The translations under genes and the position numbers were made by a program. Source: Octopus sinensis (Eukaryota). Taken from it: a DNA stretch of 64,000 bases. Shown piece after piece: positions 1 through 12,925 of this stretch. Within the stretch, counting starts at the first letter, position 1, and every line of letters starts with the position of its first letter. The notes beneath the pieces are model-generated. The model searched no databases and had not been told where the DNA came from. It saw only the letters and a list, made by a program, of their open reading frames with translations. The stretch lies in contig NC_043005.1 in assembly GCF_006345805.1 (NCBI RefSeq), positions 81,902,001-81,966,000 on the forward strand, given 5' to 3'.

Positions 1-90
1 CAGACGAAATATCCAAGCGGTATTTCTCCTGACTCGTTACATTCTGAGTTCAAATGCTGCGATCACTTTCCTTTTACCTACCCAAAGTCA
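1..90 (+). mobile_element. SINE family A fragment
   Basis: gcggtatttc...ctgagttcaaatgctgcg matches the B-box region of the family A copies at 52305 and 8892. Confidence 0.6.
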
Positions 91-877
91 ATAAAGTAAA
101 GCAGCCGCCAAGCACTGAAAACCATAATATCCACCATGCCTCTCACATCGTACTGCGTTCCTTGGATCGAAATTTCAAACTATTATTATTATAATATTGT
201 TAATAGAAATGTTTGTGCTGCTGATAAATATTCTCCTACCTCTTATCATTCATGTGAGGAGGAAAAATTAATAGCTAACGATAACATTTCAATAATAATA
301 TTGATAATATAATATTAATCGTATTTCAAATATCATCTGTATTTTACATAACTAAACGATTAAAATAACCAAACAAATACCTATCATTCTGAGGTCGATG
401 TCTTCGTTTGATATTTATTTCCAGCGTTGCGGACGAAATATCACCCTTGAATATGAATCACAATGAAAAGACGACACTGGCATTTACATTGAATTGCGAA
501 CACTATAGAGAAAGTTCGATTTCCATCGTATGTAAATTAAATGCAGCAAGAATAATATTAGCTGCATTGCAACATATAAGGATATGCTTGAATTAACAAC
601 TATGCTCTATTCAGCAAAGGATACCTTTGTGAATTCACATTCACTATAACGATATTTCGAACGTCACGTCTTAGATTTTAATGATAGTTTATTCGTTTTC
701 GAATGTGCTAAGGGTATTCATGCTTCTATTCGAAGTAGTTTAGATTCGAGAATAGGATACTCATTTACATTGTAGTTCTGAATGTTCTTTATGTTAATAA
801 CATTGCTGTGAGAATATGGTTATCTATAATTCAGTAGACTGAAATGTAATTTAACATTAAATTTCTCATTTAATATT

Positions 878-2104
878 ACTTTCAAATTTTGGCAGAAGAC
901 AGCCATTTCCGGCGAGGCGGCTAGCAGATTACATCGACCTCTGTGCACAATTACTACTGATTTTCTTGACCCGGAAAGAATGAGAGACTAAGTCGACCGC
1001 GTGGGAATTTAAACTCAGAATATAAAGACGTATGAAATATATATTTCTTTACTACCCACAAGGGGCTAAACACAGAGGGGACAAACAAGGACAGACAAAC
1101 GGATTAAGTCGATTACATTGACCCCAGTGCGTAACTGGTACTTAATTTATCGACCCCGAAAGGATAAAAGGCAAAGTCGACCTCGGCGGAATTTGAAATC
1201 AGAACGTTACGGCAGACGAAATACGGCTACGCATTTCGCCCGGCGCGCTAAAGTTTCTGCCAGCTCACCGCCTTTTCGACGGATGAAATATAGTTATGCA
1301 TTTTTTTCCGGTACGCTAATGGTTCTGCCAGTTCTCTCTTTTAATATTGATTTCAAATCTTGACACAAGGCCAGCATTTTGGTGGGAGGAGATAAGTCGA
1401 TCACATCGAGTACAGTGTTTCACTGGCAGTTAAATTATCGACCCCGAAAGTATAGATGGACGAAATACCGCTAAGAATTTTTCCCGGCGTGCCAGCGATT
1501 CTGCCAGCTGCTGCCTTGACTCTCACCTTCTTGTTTTAACAATTATAAATTCTACCGAGGTCGACTTTGCCATTTATCCATTCGGGGACGGTAAAATATA
1601 TACTTTTATACTCTAGGCACAAGACCCGAAATGCTTGTGGAGGAAGGGGCCAGTCGATTACATCGACCCCAGTACACAACAGGTACTTAAGTTTTCGATC
1701 CCGAAAGGATGAAAGGAGAGTCGTACTCGGCGGAATTTGAACACAGAACGCTAAGCATTTCGCCAGGCGTACAAACGTTTCTTATTTCTTTACTGCCCAC
1801 ATGGGGCTACACTCAGAGGGGACAAACAAGGACAGACAAACGGATTAAGTCGATTATATCGACCCCAGTGCATAACTGGTACTTATTTAATCGACCCCGA
1901 AATGATGAATGGCAAAGTCGACCTTGGCGGAATCTAAACTCAGAACGTAGCGGCAGACGAAATACCGCTAAGCATTTCGTCCGGAGTGCTAACGTTTTGC
2001 CAGCTCACAGCCATTGATAAAATATATACAATTGTGGTATGGGGGACGATGTAATCGACTTTCCCCTTCCCTGAAATTGCTGGCCTTGTGCTAAAATTTG
2101 AAAC
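878..2104. mobile_element. Cluster of about 7 tRNA-derived SINE family A copies/fragments (mostly minus strand)
   Basis: Repeated blocks ...cgaccccgaaaggatgaaaggcaaagtcgacctcggcggaatttgaactcagaacgt... at ~878-1037, 1044-1274, 1345-1516, 1545-1592(+), 1600-1771, 1780-2012, 2036-2104(+). The reverse complement has Pol III A-box and B-box (GAGTTCAAATTCC) motifs. Confidence 0.9.
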
Positions 2105-2829
2105 TAATAGCAACAATTATGTAATTCAAGTTATTGGATATCTCGCATAAATGGTAGTTGTGTTGTACATATATCAGCAACAGTTTTGATACTTAAAATC
2201 CATTGATTATACGTATCAAAACTTCTCCTCAATTTTCTTCATGGAAACATCTGTCATGCGCAAAATACGCAAAATAAACGAACAAAATAGAATTACAACT
2301 TTTATAAACGAAATCTAAACCTCGTGAGAGGAGCGACAAAGCTAATTTCAACAAGCCTGACCCGTCGTTCTCTTGATGTATTACTCTTACAACTACACGT
2401 TGCAAGTGGAATGCATGTTGTTTGTGACATAAAACCAACTCACGCAAGTGCCAAGTGTCATACAAGATCAATATAATTGATTTATAGAATGCGATGCGTA
2501 CTAAGCATCGCATCAAACGAGTCATGAACTGACTATGGTGGTTCCATATGGTGGAAATAACTTTTTTCCTTCCATAAAAGATTCTCCCTTCGTAGAGAGT
2601 ATTCGTTTCCATAACGTCGTCTCTCATATAAACAACAAATGGCATGATCAGGACTAAGAATATATTCAATCACAAGAAACATGTTGTCAATATCAATAAT
2701 AAAATACGTCTTCATTTAGTAATAAATACTATTATAGATTTGTGTGAGTGAACATTGACGGTGTTGAAGGAAGGAGTCAATTAAATATATATAAGCGCGC
2801 ACACACACATCGAAATGATAACTTCTTTG

Positions 2830-3122
2830 TGTCTAAATTTCGACGAAAACGCATCTCTATCCGATGTGTGTGGTTTCTGCATGATTGGGCAGCGACGGAG
2901 TTCTTTTCTCCCTATCTTCAGTGACCGCCTTATTTCCAGTTTTGCTCTCATTCCTTCGACCCTCGTTTCCTTGATTTGTCCATGTTTCTTATGGGGAACC
3001 CTCAAGGTACGTGTGTATGTGTATATACATTGGACAATTTTAAGGAAGCTATTCGCGTGGAAGTCGCCCAAATCGACAGAGCAATGCTGGAGAGGGTGGA
3101 GAGCAACTTCCAGGAACGCTTT
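2830..3122 (+). mobile_element. Tc1/mariner transposase C-terminal remnant
   Basis: Frameshifted translation FSDRLIS...FLWGTLKVRVY / TLDNFKEAIRVEVAQIDRAMLERVESNFQERF resembles the Tc1/mariner region around and after the third catalytic residue. Confidence 0.75.
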
Positions 3123-3123
3123 C

Positions 3124-3136
3124 TCACACACACACA

Positions 3137-3200
<64 letters not shown>

Positions 3201-3220
3201 TGCACGCGCATATATATATG
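3124..3220. repeat. (CA)n microsatellite
   Basis: Direct reading. Confidence 0.95.
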
Positions 3221-3419
3221 AATATGTATATAGTCCTTGCGCTGCTATATCTTTGTTATTCATGTCACGTTAATACTGTGTGATGATATATGTTCTGTAA
3301 CGTTCTGTAATTTGCTTTTAAAGTTGTCAGCAACAGCGCCGAACGAGGTGATGATTGTGAGGACGACGTTGATAAAGCCGTAGCAAATTGCGATGATGGA
3401 GGTGTTGGCAATATTTTGA

Positions 3420-3565
3420 AGGGGGTGGAGAGGAGGAGAGGAGGACTGGAGGGGATGAGGAGGAGAGAAGGAGGAAGTGGGGCAGAGAATAGTAGGAGGC
3501 AAAGAGGAGCATAACGACGGTGACGACGACGATGATGATGATGAAGATGATGATGATGATGATGG
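3420..3565. repeat. Purine-rich (GGA/GAG) tract and (GAT)n
   Basis: Direct reading. Confidence 0.85.
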
Positions 3566-4479
3566 ATATATATATTAATGCATCGTTCAATTCCGAAATA
3601 TTAATGTTTACGTTTTGATGGCTGCACTAAAACAACTATCGCATGGGTGTGAAGTCATTATGACTTTACGTCACTCGAAACAGACGTGTCTCAAATTGAA
3701 AGTTCGTGAATATTAATATTTCACAGGTTTCTGCTTTTTATCCTCGTTTAACCGCACTGCTTTCGAAAATTTTAAACCACCATATAAATCGGTATACTTA
3801 TTACTATGTAAAACGTATTCTATCAAACTTGAATGCTTGCATTTATCGTCAGCTACTGCATTCCTTTACATCATTCTTTAAAAACTTACTGAAGAATCGA
3901 GCGACTCTAGTTACCTCTAAAAGGTTATTCGATATCCCAGACATAGCAGCTGAAGTTTTTTCAGTTAACATCCTGCTGTTTTGAAGTATGAAATTAATAG
4001 TGTATGATGTAATCCTAGCCATTAGTGTCTTAAAAATAAAGGTAGCACCGTTTGAGACAAGTTCTGCTTTATCAGACCTGTCCTGTCTTTTAGGGATATC
4101 AACAATAATAACTAGGACAGCAACGAAAGCCAGTTCACTAAATATGTTTTAGACATAAATAACTGTAATTTGATCGGCATGAAACTGATGGTAATCAGGT
4201 GGTGATTTGTGTCCGGTGATAATTGAAACAATTATTTTATCTGAGACGTTTGAAATAATATTTGGTGCTGTTAATTAAATGTTGCCAGGGGTTCTTCAGA
4301 TGTAGTCAGAGGCTGTGAGTAAGAATCTTTGTCAAACAAATCCAACTAAGTATTTTTTTAATGTATAGTACTTATTCCATAGGTCACTTTGTTACAGGGA
4401 CGTAAACAAAACTTCATTGGTTGCGGAACAAGTACAAAGGTGCTCACTCATACATACAAACAGACATACATATATAAGG

Positions 4480-4686
4480 AGGTGCAGGTGTGGCTGTGTG
4501 GTAAATAGCTTGCTTACCAACCACATGGTTCTGGGTTCAGTCCCACTGCGTGGTACCTATAGACGGATAGAATAAGTACTAGGCTTACAAAGAATAAGTA
4601 TTGGGGTCGATGTGTTCGACCAAATGCGGTGCTCCAGCATGGCCGGAGTCAAATGACTGAAACAAATAAAAGAATAGAACAAAAGA
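4480..4686 (+). mobile_element. SINE family B, internally deleted
   Basis: Head ggtgcaggtgtggctgtgtggtaaatagcttgcttaccaaccacatgg joined to tail gatagaataagtactaggcttacaaagaataag...ctccagcatggccggagtcaaatgactgaaac. Confidence 0.9.
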
Positions 4687-4731
<45 letters not shown>

Positions 4732-4732
4732 T

Positions 4733-4806
<74 letters not shown>

Positions 4807-4807
4807 T
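4687..4807. repeat. (GACA)n(GATA)n microsatellite
   Basis: Direct reading. Confidence 0.95.
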
Positions 4808-5489
4808 AAAACCTGTTCTCAGTTTCCACCTAAATTCATTCGAAAAACGTTACTCTCGGACCGAGGCATAGTAGAAGACACAGGTCCAACGTATCGCTTC
4901 GTGGAACCCAATAAGAGGCAATGCAATCACAAAGGGACTTTTTTAACCACAGTCATGGCATGCATCCATCTATGTTTCCTGTCTGAACTGAAATATTTCC
5001 TGAGCAGCAGTTTACATTTTGTAACTCACTGTACTACTAGTTATTAACAAGAGGCGTCGTTATATCAGACTTGCACCTGGTCAATGATTAATTTCTGGGA
5101 TATCTTTCAAGGGCATCGTGTGAATGGAACAGTTCATATCAATTCATTGTATTTTAATTACGTGTACACGTATTGACATAATTCATTTCATTAATGACCG
5201 ACCGATACACTCGGAGAATTGTGTAATTGTTATTGTAAGAATGTATCTTACTTTAAAATCTATAATTAGTTCGAATAAACATAGGTGATAGCGGAGCCGC
5301 AACTTACAAATATTTCGATTCATTACAGTTGATTATCATAATTATCATTCATATTGTAATTTTATCAAATTTATTAAGACATCCTTTTCCAGGTAAGAAA
5401 TTAAACAAAACTAATAAACAAAACTCATTTAAAATTGATATTTTATACAAAAAGAATACGATTGTATTATTCAAGTGCTGTGCATTTTT

Positions 5490-5640
5490 ACGTTCAGAGT
5501 TCAAATTCCGCAGAGGAAGACTTTGCCTTTCTTCCTCTTGGGGTCGATGAAATAGGCACCATCCGTGCACTGGATTGGATGTAATAGACTAACGCGCTCT
5601 CCAAAACTCCGGGCCTGGCGCCTATCGCAGAAACGATTGT
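5490..5640 (+). mobile_element. SINE family A fragment
   Basis: cagagttcaaattccgcagaggaagactttgccttt...ggggtcgatgaaataggcacc. Confidence 0.7.
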
Positions 5641-6095
5641 TAAAAAATTACTGAAGATTTTTTTTTTCGTAACGGAAAAAAAAATTATGTTATCTAATAC
5701 AATGCCAGAAATGTGAGCTTTTTTCATTCTACAGCATAAAGGTAACCATGGTTCTATGCTTACGAACATCGTTTCGTGGTTTCTGGTTATCCTACTGCGG
5801 AGCAACTTGAGCAAGTGTTTTCTACAATAGCCGTGGGCTGACTAATGCCATGTGAAAACCAACGTTTTGTTTTCTCTTTTTGTGTGTAAGTTTGAAAGCT
5901 GAGCCATCAGAGAGGAATTACAAATGGATGAAATCTCCAAGAGGTTTAAAGGTACAAATCTTTGATATCCAAGCGGCTAAAAATGGCAGCAGAAGGGCAC
6001 GCAGGATACATGACTTAGAAGAGGACCGGCCAATTTTGAGTGTGAGACGTTGAGGGGCAAAAGTCTTGCTCGAGTAGGGTTTTCTCTGAAGAGCA

Positions 6096-6131
6096 TTTTA
6101 ACGTTTCGAGCATGGATCTTCTTCGGAAACA
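6096..6131 (-). ncRNA. Degenerate minimal type I hammerhead
   Basis: Minus strand tttCCGAAGA-A-GATCcatGCTC-GAAACGTTaaa: U4>C and a helix II mismatch; same layout as the motif at 18207. Confidence 0.5.
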
Positions 6132-6294
6132 GAAACGTAAAGTCTGAGGAAAGGAAAACGTCCAGGAAAAGCATGTTTGTGTACGTGCATGTGTGTTTCT
6201 GTGCGTGTGTGTGTGTATGTGTGTGTGTCTGCGTGTGTGAGAGTTTGTGAATAAACACACACAGACTAACTGATTGTAATATACACATTGAATG

Positions 6295-6400
6295 AGGCAG
6301 TGAGCTGGCAGAAATGTTAGCACGCAGGGCAAAATGGTCGGTCTAATCGACTTCTCCCCTCCCCCAAAATTTAAGGCCTTGTGCTTAAGTTAGAAAAGAA
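6295..6400 (+). mobile_element. SINE family A, deleted copy
   Basis: ggcagtgagctggcagaaatgttagcacg joined to the terminal tail aatcgacttctcccctcccccaaaattt. Confidence 0.75.
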
Positions 6401-6579
6401 TATACACATTAATTAACTAGTTGGATTACACATTGAACCAGCTTATTAATGGAATTGAACATGGGTGCAGCAATAATATTGGCGTAATGTATCACCCAGG
6501 ACACGACAGATTACACATTCGTGCAAACATATGCATACCCACGTACATAAGGACACACACAAACGCATACATATATGTT

Positions 6580-6765
6580 ATATACAAATGTATGTATATG
6601 TATATATATATGTATATATGCATATATATATGTATATATATATATGTATATATGTATATATATATATACATGTATATATGTATATATATATGTATATATA
6701 TATATATATATCTATGTATATATATGTATAATATATGTATATATATATATGTGTGTGTGTATATA
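6580..6765. repeat. (TA)n/(TATG)n microsatellite
   Basis: Direct reading. Confidence 0.95.
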
Positions 6766-7145
6766 CAAAATAAGAAAATGGAGAAACACATCTTAATCAA
6801 TGATCAACTACAAGATAATACCCAATCACATAATTTATTAAACCACTACATATGAACATTAAGATCAAGCATAATAATATAGAACAAAACAATGTACATG
6901 AAAGAGTAATATGATACAATAAGTACAGTATGTATAAGTGAATATAAATAAATAAATTCCATTTTCTTATTTTGTATTATTAATTTGTGGTAAAACATTT
7001 TACCTTTACCCATATAATACAGTAAATGAATTAATTGCATCGCAATTCTTAACATTTATATATTACTTTGTTGGGTACTTCACTAGCAGTATATTGTATA
7101 TACGTTATCCCATGGAGGGTTGCACTTACAACCCCTATCTCAATT

Positions 7146-7510
<365 letters not shown>

Positions 7511-8014
7511 AAATTAGAAAAAACACACCTTCTATCAATTCAATAATGAAAAATTAAATTATACCATTTAATTATACCGTTATATCTTTTAGAAAGATTA
7601 AATATAAGATAAAATGTGTAACAATGATTAAGTAATGTTCAAAATAATAACTAAATATATTATATTATATTATATTATATTATATATATATATATACACA
7701 CACGTAAAGGTCGAACTGTGAAATGAGTGGGCAACACCGCATTGGAGAATGTATAATTCATTTATTTGTGAATTAAGGCTGCCATTGCTTTAAAGTGAAG
7801 AAAATTAGAGAAATATCCTAGTGTCTTAACAATTTTCCAAACCGATCACATGAAGAAATTTGTTCCTCTCCATTTTTTCTCGAAGAGTTAAGACTGAGAA
7901 AAGAACATTTTCAGAAATTCGAAAGGCACTAACCATTGGGAAGAGATTTCACAAAATTTTTTGTGGCTTTTGCTTTTATAGATGTGCAAGCGCTTTCAAT
8001 TCTTAGTATGTATG

Positions 8015-8068
<54 letters not shown>

Positions 8069-8221
8069 AATGTATATAAATATATATGCATATATACGAA
8101 TATGCGTGTATATTTAATTTTACATACGACTGGTGTAAAACCAATTTTTACGTGAGTTGTTAAAATATACACATATAGCCCAATTAAAATGCACATAAAA
8201 AAATTATATGAGTTTGAAAAA

Positions 8222-8225
8222 TAAA

Positions 8226-8300
<75 letters not shown>

Positions 8301-8364
8301 AAGAAGAAGGATTCATAATATTATCATCATCATTATTTTTATTAATATTATTTTTAGATGTAGC

Positions 8365-8399
<35 letters not shown>

Positions 8400-8400
8400 A
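8222..8400. repeat. (TAA)n and (TAG)n microsatellites
   Basis: (TAA)n ~8222-8298; (TAG)n ~8360-8398. Confidence 0.95.
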
Positions 8401-8818
8401 GGGAGGGGCAGCAGCTGCAGCAATAATAATTATAATTAAATTCAAACATTATTTGACATTTTCTAGGTTGAAGATCAGATACGAATTCTTTTCATATCGT
8501 TACGCTAGATCGGATGCAATTTAATTCTTCGAACTTATTTCGTGTCATTAAATTATTTTCTTCATTATTTCTATTGATGCATTAATATCACCAGACATTT
8601 ACGAACCAATCAATGCTCATTAATCTCTACTAGATATGTTCTTATTGGTAAAATATTAGAAAAAAACATAAACGTTTGAAAAGCAATAAAAAACGATGTA
8701 AAAAGCGACAAAACTATGGAAATAAATAATAAAACTGACAATTTTACGAGTTACACGTGAAAGAATTCGTCTTTTCGATTTCATTAAAGGCGGAAAAATG
8801 TTAATTGAATCTTGTTTA

Positions 8819-9289
8819 TATAGGGTGTTCAAAAAGTCTCTCCGCAGTAAGTACGTTATTGCAAAATATATATTATGATATATAAATATATATTTCTTTA
8901 CTGCCCACAAGGGGCTAAACGTAGAGGGGACAAACAGGGGCAGACAAACGGATTAAGTTGATTATAACCACCCCAGTGCGTAACTGGTACTTAATTTAAC
9001 GAACCCGAAAGGATGAAAGGCAAAGTCGAGCTCGGCGGAATTTGAACCCAGAACGTAATGGCAGACGAATTACCGCTAAGCATTTCGCCCGGCGTGCTAA
9101 TGATTCTGCCAGCGCGCCGCCTTATATTATGATATATAAATATATCATAATATATATTTATGATATAAGGCTACATTTCAATGCATAAGGTGACCTTTCT
9201 ACTCATGTTTTGTAATGCATCTTGAAGAGTCAGGTGACAAAAATTCACTCCGGAAATACTTTTTGGACACCATGTATAAGGACATGGTT
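8819..9289. mobile_element. Probable Tc1/mariner-type MITE interrupted by a SINE
   Basis: Imperfect TIRs: tatagggtgttcaaaaagtctctccgcag (8819) versus reverse complement tatacatggtgtccaaaaagtatttccggag (~9259-9289). Confidence 0.55.
8892..9122 (-). mobile_element. SINE family A, near-full-length monomer with 23-bp TSD
   Basis: tatattatgatatataaatatat at 8869-8891 and 9123-9145 flanks the element. Confidence 0.95.
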
Positions 9290-9699
9290 AAAATCAGTAA
9301 TGGTAACTGTAGTGAGAACCCATCTCACGCAATGCCACGCGGAATATAAATACGCATCTTATGTCTTAATGAATGCCATATGTTTGGAATTTTATGTACG
9401 GATATAAAATGTTTATCTTTCATTTATCTTCAACATTACATACGTATGCGTACGTGTACACATATAATAGCATTAACAGTAATATTAAAATAAATAATAA
9501 TAACAGTAATGACTATAGTGACAGAATTTATTATGGATATAAAATGACCAGCTATGATTGTAGATGTCAAAAACAAACTGTAAAATTTGAGAATTTGCAA
9601 TACTATATGATAATAGAGTGGATATCAAACAGATTCAGAAATTCTTTTTAAAATTAGACATAGGCATAAATATGCCGCTTGTTCGTGAGATAATTTGTG

Positions 9700-10098
9700 C
9701 ACTTGGCACAAAAAAGAACACGAAACTGCTATGTAAGGAGATGAACGTTATAAGAATTGCGATACGCATTGTTGACCTGCAGGAAGGCGAAACTATAGAG
9801 AGATACAACACCTCTTAAGAACGTAATATGGAAAATGAAGAAGGTGAAGATAGTGCCAATTATTGCTGAGTCCACGGGAACAGTATCAGAATGCATTAAG
9901 ACGAATAGAAAGGGAAATTGGAATAGAATACTCAGTAGAATTGTTACAAAGAGTTTGCCACCTTGGCACGACCAGAATAATCAGGAAAGTATTAGATAAC
10001 TAAAAAGAACGGATAGCATGATACTGTAGGCTGCAGATAGCAAGCCCGCTTTGCATGCAAGACTCCAGAAGCTACAACAAAACCTGTGATAAAGAGAA
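9700..10098 (+). mobile_element. R4/Dong-like LINE 3' end (restriction-like endonuclease), copy 1
   Basis: Frameshifted WKMKKVKIVPII...REIGIEYSVELLQRVCHLGTTRIIRKVLDN*, then a short 3'UTR and (TAA)n. Confidence 0.75.
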
Positions 10099-10290
10099 AA
10101 TAATAATAATAATAATAATAATATAATAATAATAAGAAGAAGAAGAAGAAGAAGAAGAAGAGAAGAAGAAGAAGAAGAAGAAGAAGAAGAAGAAGAAGAA
10201 GAAGAAGAAGAAGAAGAAGAAGAAGAAGAAGAAGAAGAAGAAGAAGAAGAAGGAGAAGAAGAAGAAGAACAAAAAGAAGAAGAAGAAGAG
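10099..10290. repeat. (TAA)n then (GAA)n microsatellite
   Basis: Direct reading. Confidence 0.95.
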
Positions 10291-10566
10291 TTACGCTATG
10301 ACAGGTTAGCTTTAGAAGTTAAGCAGTTGTGGTCGATAAAATAGGTAGCAGTAGTCCTAATAATTGTCGGAGCCCAAATTCTCGTGAAGCACGTGGAACA
10401 CATAGGGGCTGCAACAAGGGTGGAGCACTTGCAGAAAAGAACACTGCTTGGAACCACTCCAATACTCCGGAAGGTGCTCGAAAAATAAGAGGTGTTACCT
10501 TAGTTCACTGGTAGTGAACAAGTGACACTGTAGTACATCTCCAGCGATAGAAGCTGTGCAAAGGCA
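10291..10566 (+). mobile_element. R4/Dong-like LINE 3' end, copy 2 (different subfamily)
   Basis: LRYDRLALEVKQLWSIK*VAVVLIIVGA...HLQKRTLLGTTPILRKVLEK* (stop ends 10488), different 3'UTR, ends in (TAA)n at 10567. Confidence 0.8.
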
Positions 10567-11749
10567 ATAATAATAATAATAATAATAATGATAATGCGAT
10601 AATGTGTATGCACAACCGTATAAAATCCATGTATGAAAAGCCATCAAAAAACGGAGTAGTCTACAATTATTAGTATCTTACATAGTTATGATTGCACCTG
10701 AAATTATTAACTGCCTCATGGAAGAAGTGCTATGTAGGGTACCAATAGCATGATAGTAAGTGAAGTACAAAGATGAAGAAGTATTTTCCTGTCGGTTGGT
10801 TAGGGTAAAAGGAACCATAATATAATGGAATGCTCTGCTGGTTTTGGAGAGTTAGAAATGTATGAGAAATTAACAGTTGCTTGGAAATGCGGTAAGTTAA
10901 TGGAAATTATCTCTAAAATGCGGAAGTAACTTCATTGGAATTATCTGAATGATAACAAAATTCCTAACTTTTGCTTCATAAATTTTCTCAGGCGCTGTAT
11001 CTGTTCATTAGAAAAGTTATGTAGCCTTTGAAAGAAACAGCACGTAATCCAAACAACAAGTTGCGATGTATATCCATAAACACACAACTGGCAATTTTGA
11101 TGCAAATACCAAAGTTTGCGGCCATTGCTGCTGTCTGAATATAGCCTAAGATGAAAAGTCGTCTAAAGCAAGACAAAAAGGAGAATCGGGAAAAACGCAA
11201 ACAAGCGGTACGTTCAAGTTAACCTACAGGCCAGATCTCATTTCAGAAAAGTTGCGGATCGAATTCAACTTGATTATCGAAGAACATCTGAGGCAAAAAT
11301 AACAACAATATAAACTGGAATAATAGTCAGCACCACCTAGTACAAATATTCATCAGCAATATACATATGTGCATCGCACAGATGTATAATACAAGAAACA
11401 TACAGGAAAAGTGAAAGCAAGCATAAAAAATTGCGAGATATTTTTTTCCAGACTTCCGTATATCTTCATATTTTAATCACCAGAATAAAAAGGTATTACA
11501 AAAGTAATGACAGATCAGCAGTTGAAATAGGAAAGTAATGTCAAACGTAAACAGACCAACGAAGTAGCCGATAATTTAACGCCAATAAAACTATTAAAGA
11601 ACATATTTGTGAGATATGGAATTGCTATGACTTCTGGAGTACAGGAGAACCATTCTGAACGATTTTAAATTTATAATAATACGAAAGTTTTAGAGAAAAA
11701 GAAACACAAACAAAACAGTCTAACTAATAGGTCGTATTATTTTGTCCGC

Positions 11750-12068
11750 GAAGGTGCGTGGCTTGGTGGTAAGGGAAATTCGGTTCATTATCGTAAGGCC
11801 ATGAGTTCAATTCCCGGCGGCGCATTGTGTCCTTGAGCAAAACACTTTATTTCACGTTGCCCCAGTCCACTCAGCTGGCAAAAATGAATAGTACCTGTAT
11901 TTCAAATGGCCAGCCTTGTCACACACTGTGTCACGCTGAATCTCCCCGAGAACTATGTTAAGGGTACACGTGTCTGTGGAGTATTCAGCCACTTACACGT
12001 TAATTTCACGAGCAAGCTGTTCCGTTGAATGTATCAGCTGGGACCCTCGTCGTCGCAACCGACGGAAT
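11750..12068 (+). mobile_element. tRNA-derived SINE, head C (CORE-like) + tail T1
   Basis: gtggcttggtggtaaggg...gagttcaattcccggc...ttgtgtccttgagcaaaacactttatttcacg; same family as 27325. Confidence 0.85.
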
Positions 12069-12925
12069 GAAAGAAGAATTATTTTGTTCGTGTGACCTAA
12101 TTCTTTGGCAGATGTAGGGAAACTGTAGAACCGACCGATGAATAAGCGATTAAATATACAGATTTATAAAGACCAGACTGCGAATCAACAAGCAGAGATG
12201 AAAACAATTAAGAAATTCGCACTACGATAACAAATGTAGACAAATAGCTTTGTGAAGGATCTGAAATTACTGTAGATATAAACGGCACGGCTGCGTAGAG
12301 CGCATTCGGCTGAGCGGCGGTAACGACCACGCGACCGCATCCCCAACGGCAGTGTCGTTGTGCAATGCGAAGTAGACCAGCAAATGAATTGGAAAATAGA
12401 ACGACGATTGCTATACAGAATCCCTTGATGAAGTTGCATTTGGAAAATGTGTAATGCAATTGGTGTTAATGCACAGATGAATGAATCCCTTCCGAAGCAA
12501 ACCCATCTCGACTCTTTAACGCAGTGTACTGAATGACGAAAAAAAATAATGTTTTGAGATCAATAATCTGCCCCACAGGCTCCTTTGAATATTATGTCTG
12601 CCATTTGCAGAAACAATTATTTCGATATGAAAAACAATCCTAACACGGGGGAGCAACTATTACCACACACATGTCGTAAATTTCGTTTCAGCAATTCCCT
12701 TGGAAATCTATATTGCAAATATCATGTAGCAATTAACAGATCTCACGAGAAACCGAGATGACGATGGCTAATCATATAGAAATTGATAGTCATAAAATAA
12801 AATGTTGCTGCCGATTACTAAGTTTGTAATAAATGTGCTTGATGATATTGCAAAAACCAAGCATATTAAATGCTATTTATTTTAATATATGCGTGTGTTT
12901 AAACAATCACACACACACACACACA

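Noticed and set aside
2229-2715. 146-aa minus-strand ORF
   Set aside because: No recognisable motif, no splice context, stops in overlapping frames; length is compatible with chance.
3660-3705. GAAAC-AGACGTGTC possible hammerhead helix III
   Set aside because: No CUGANGA-like core at a suitable distance upstream.
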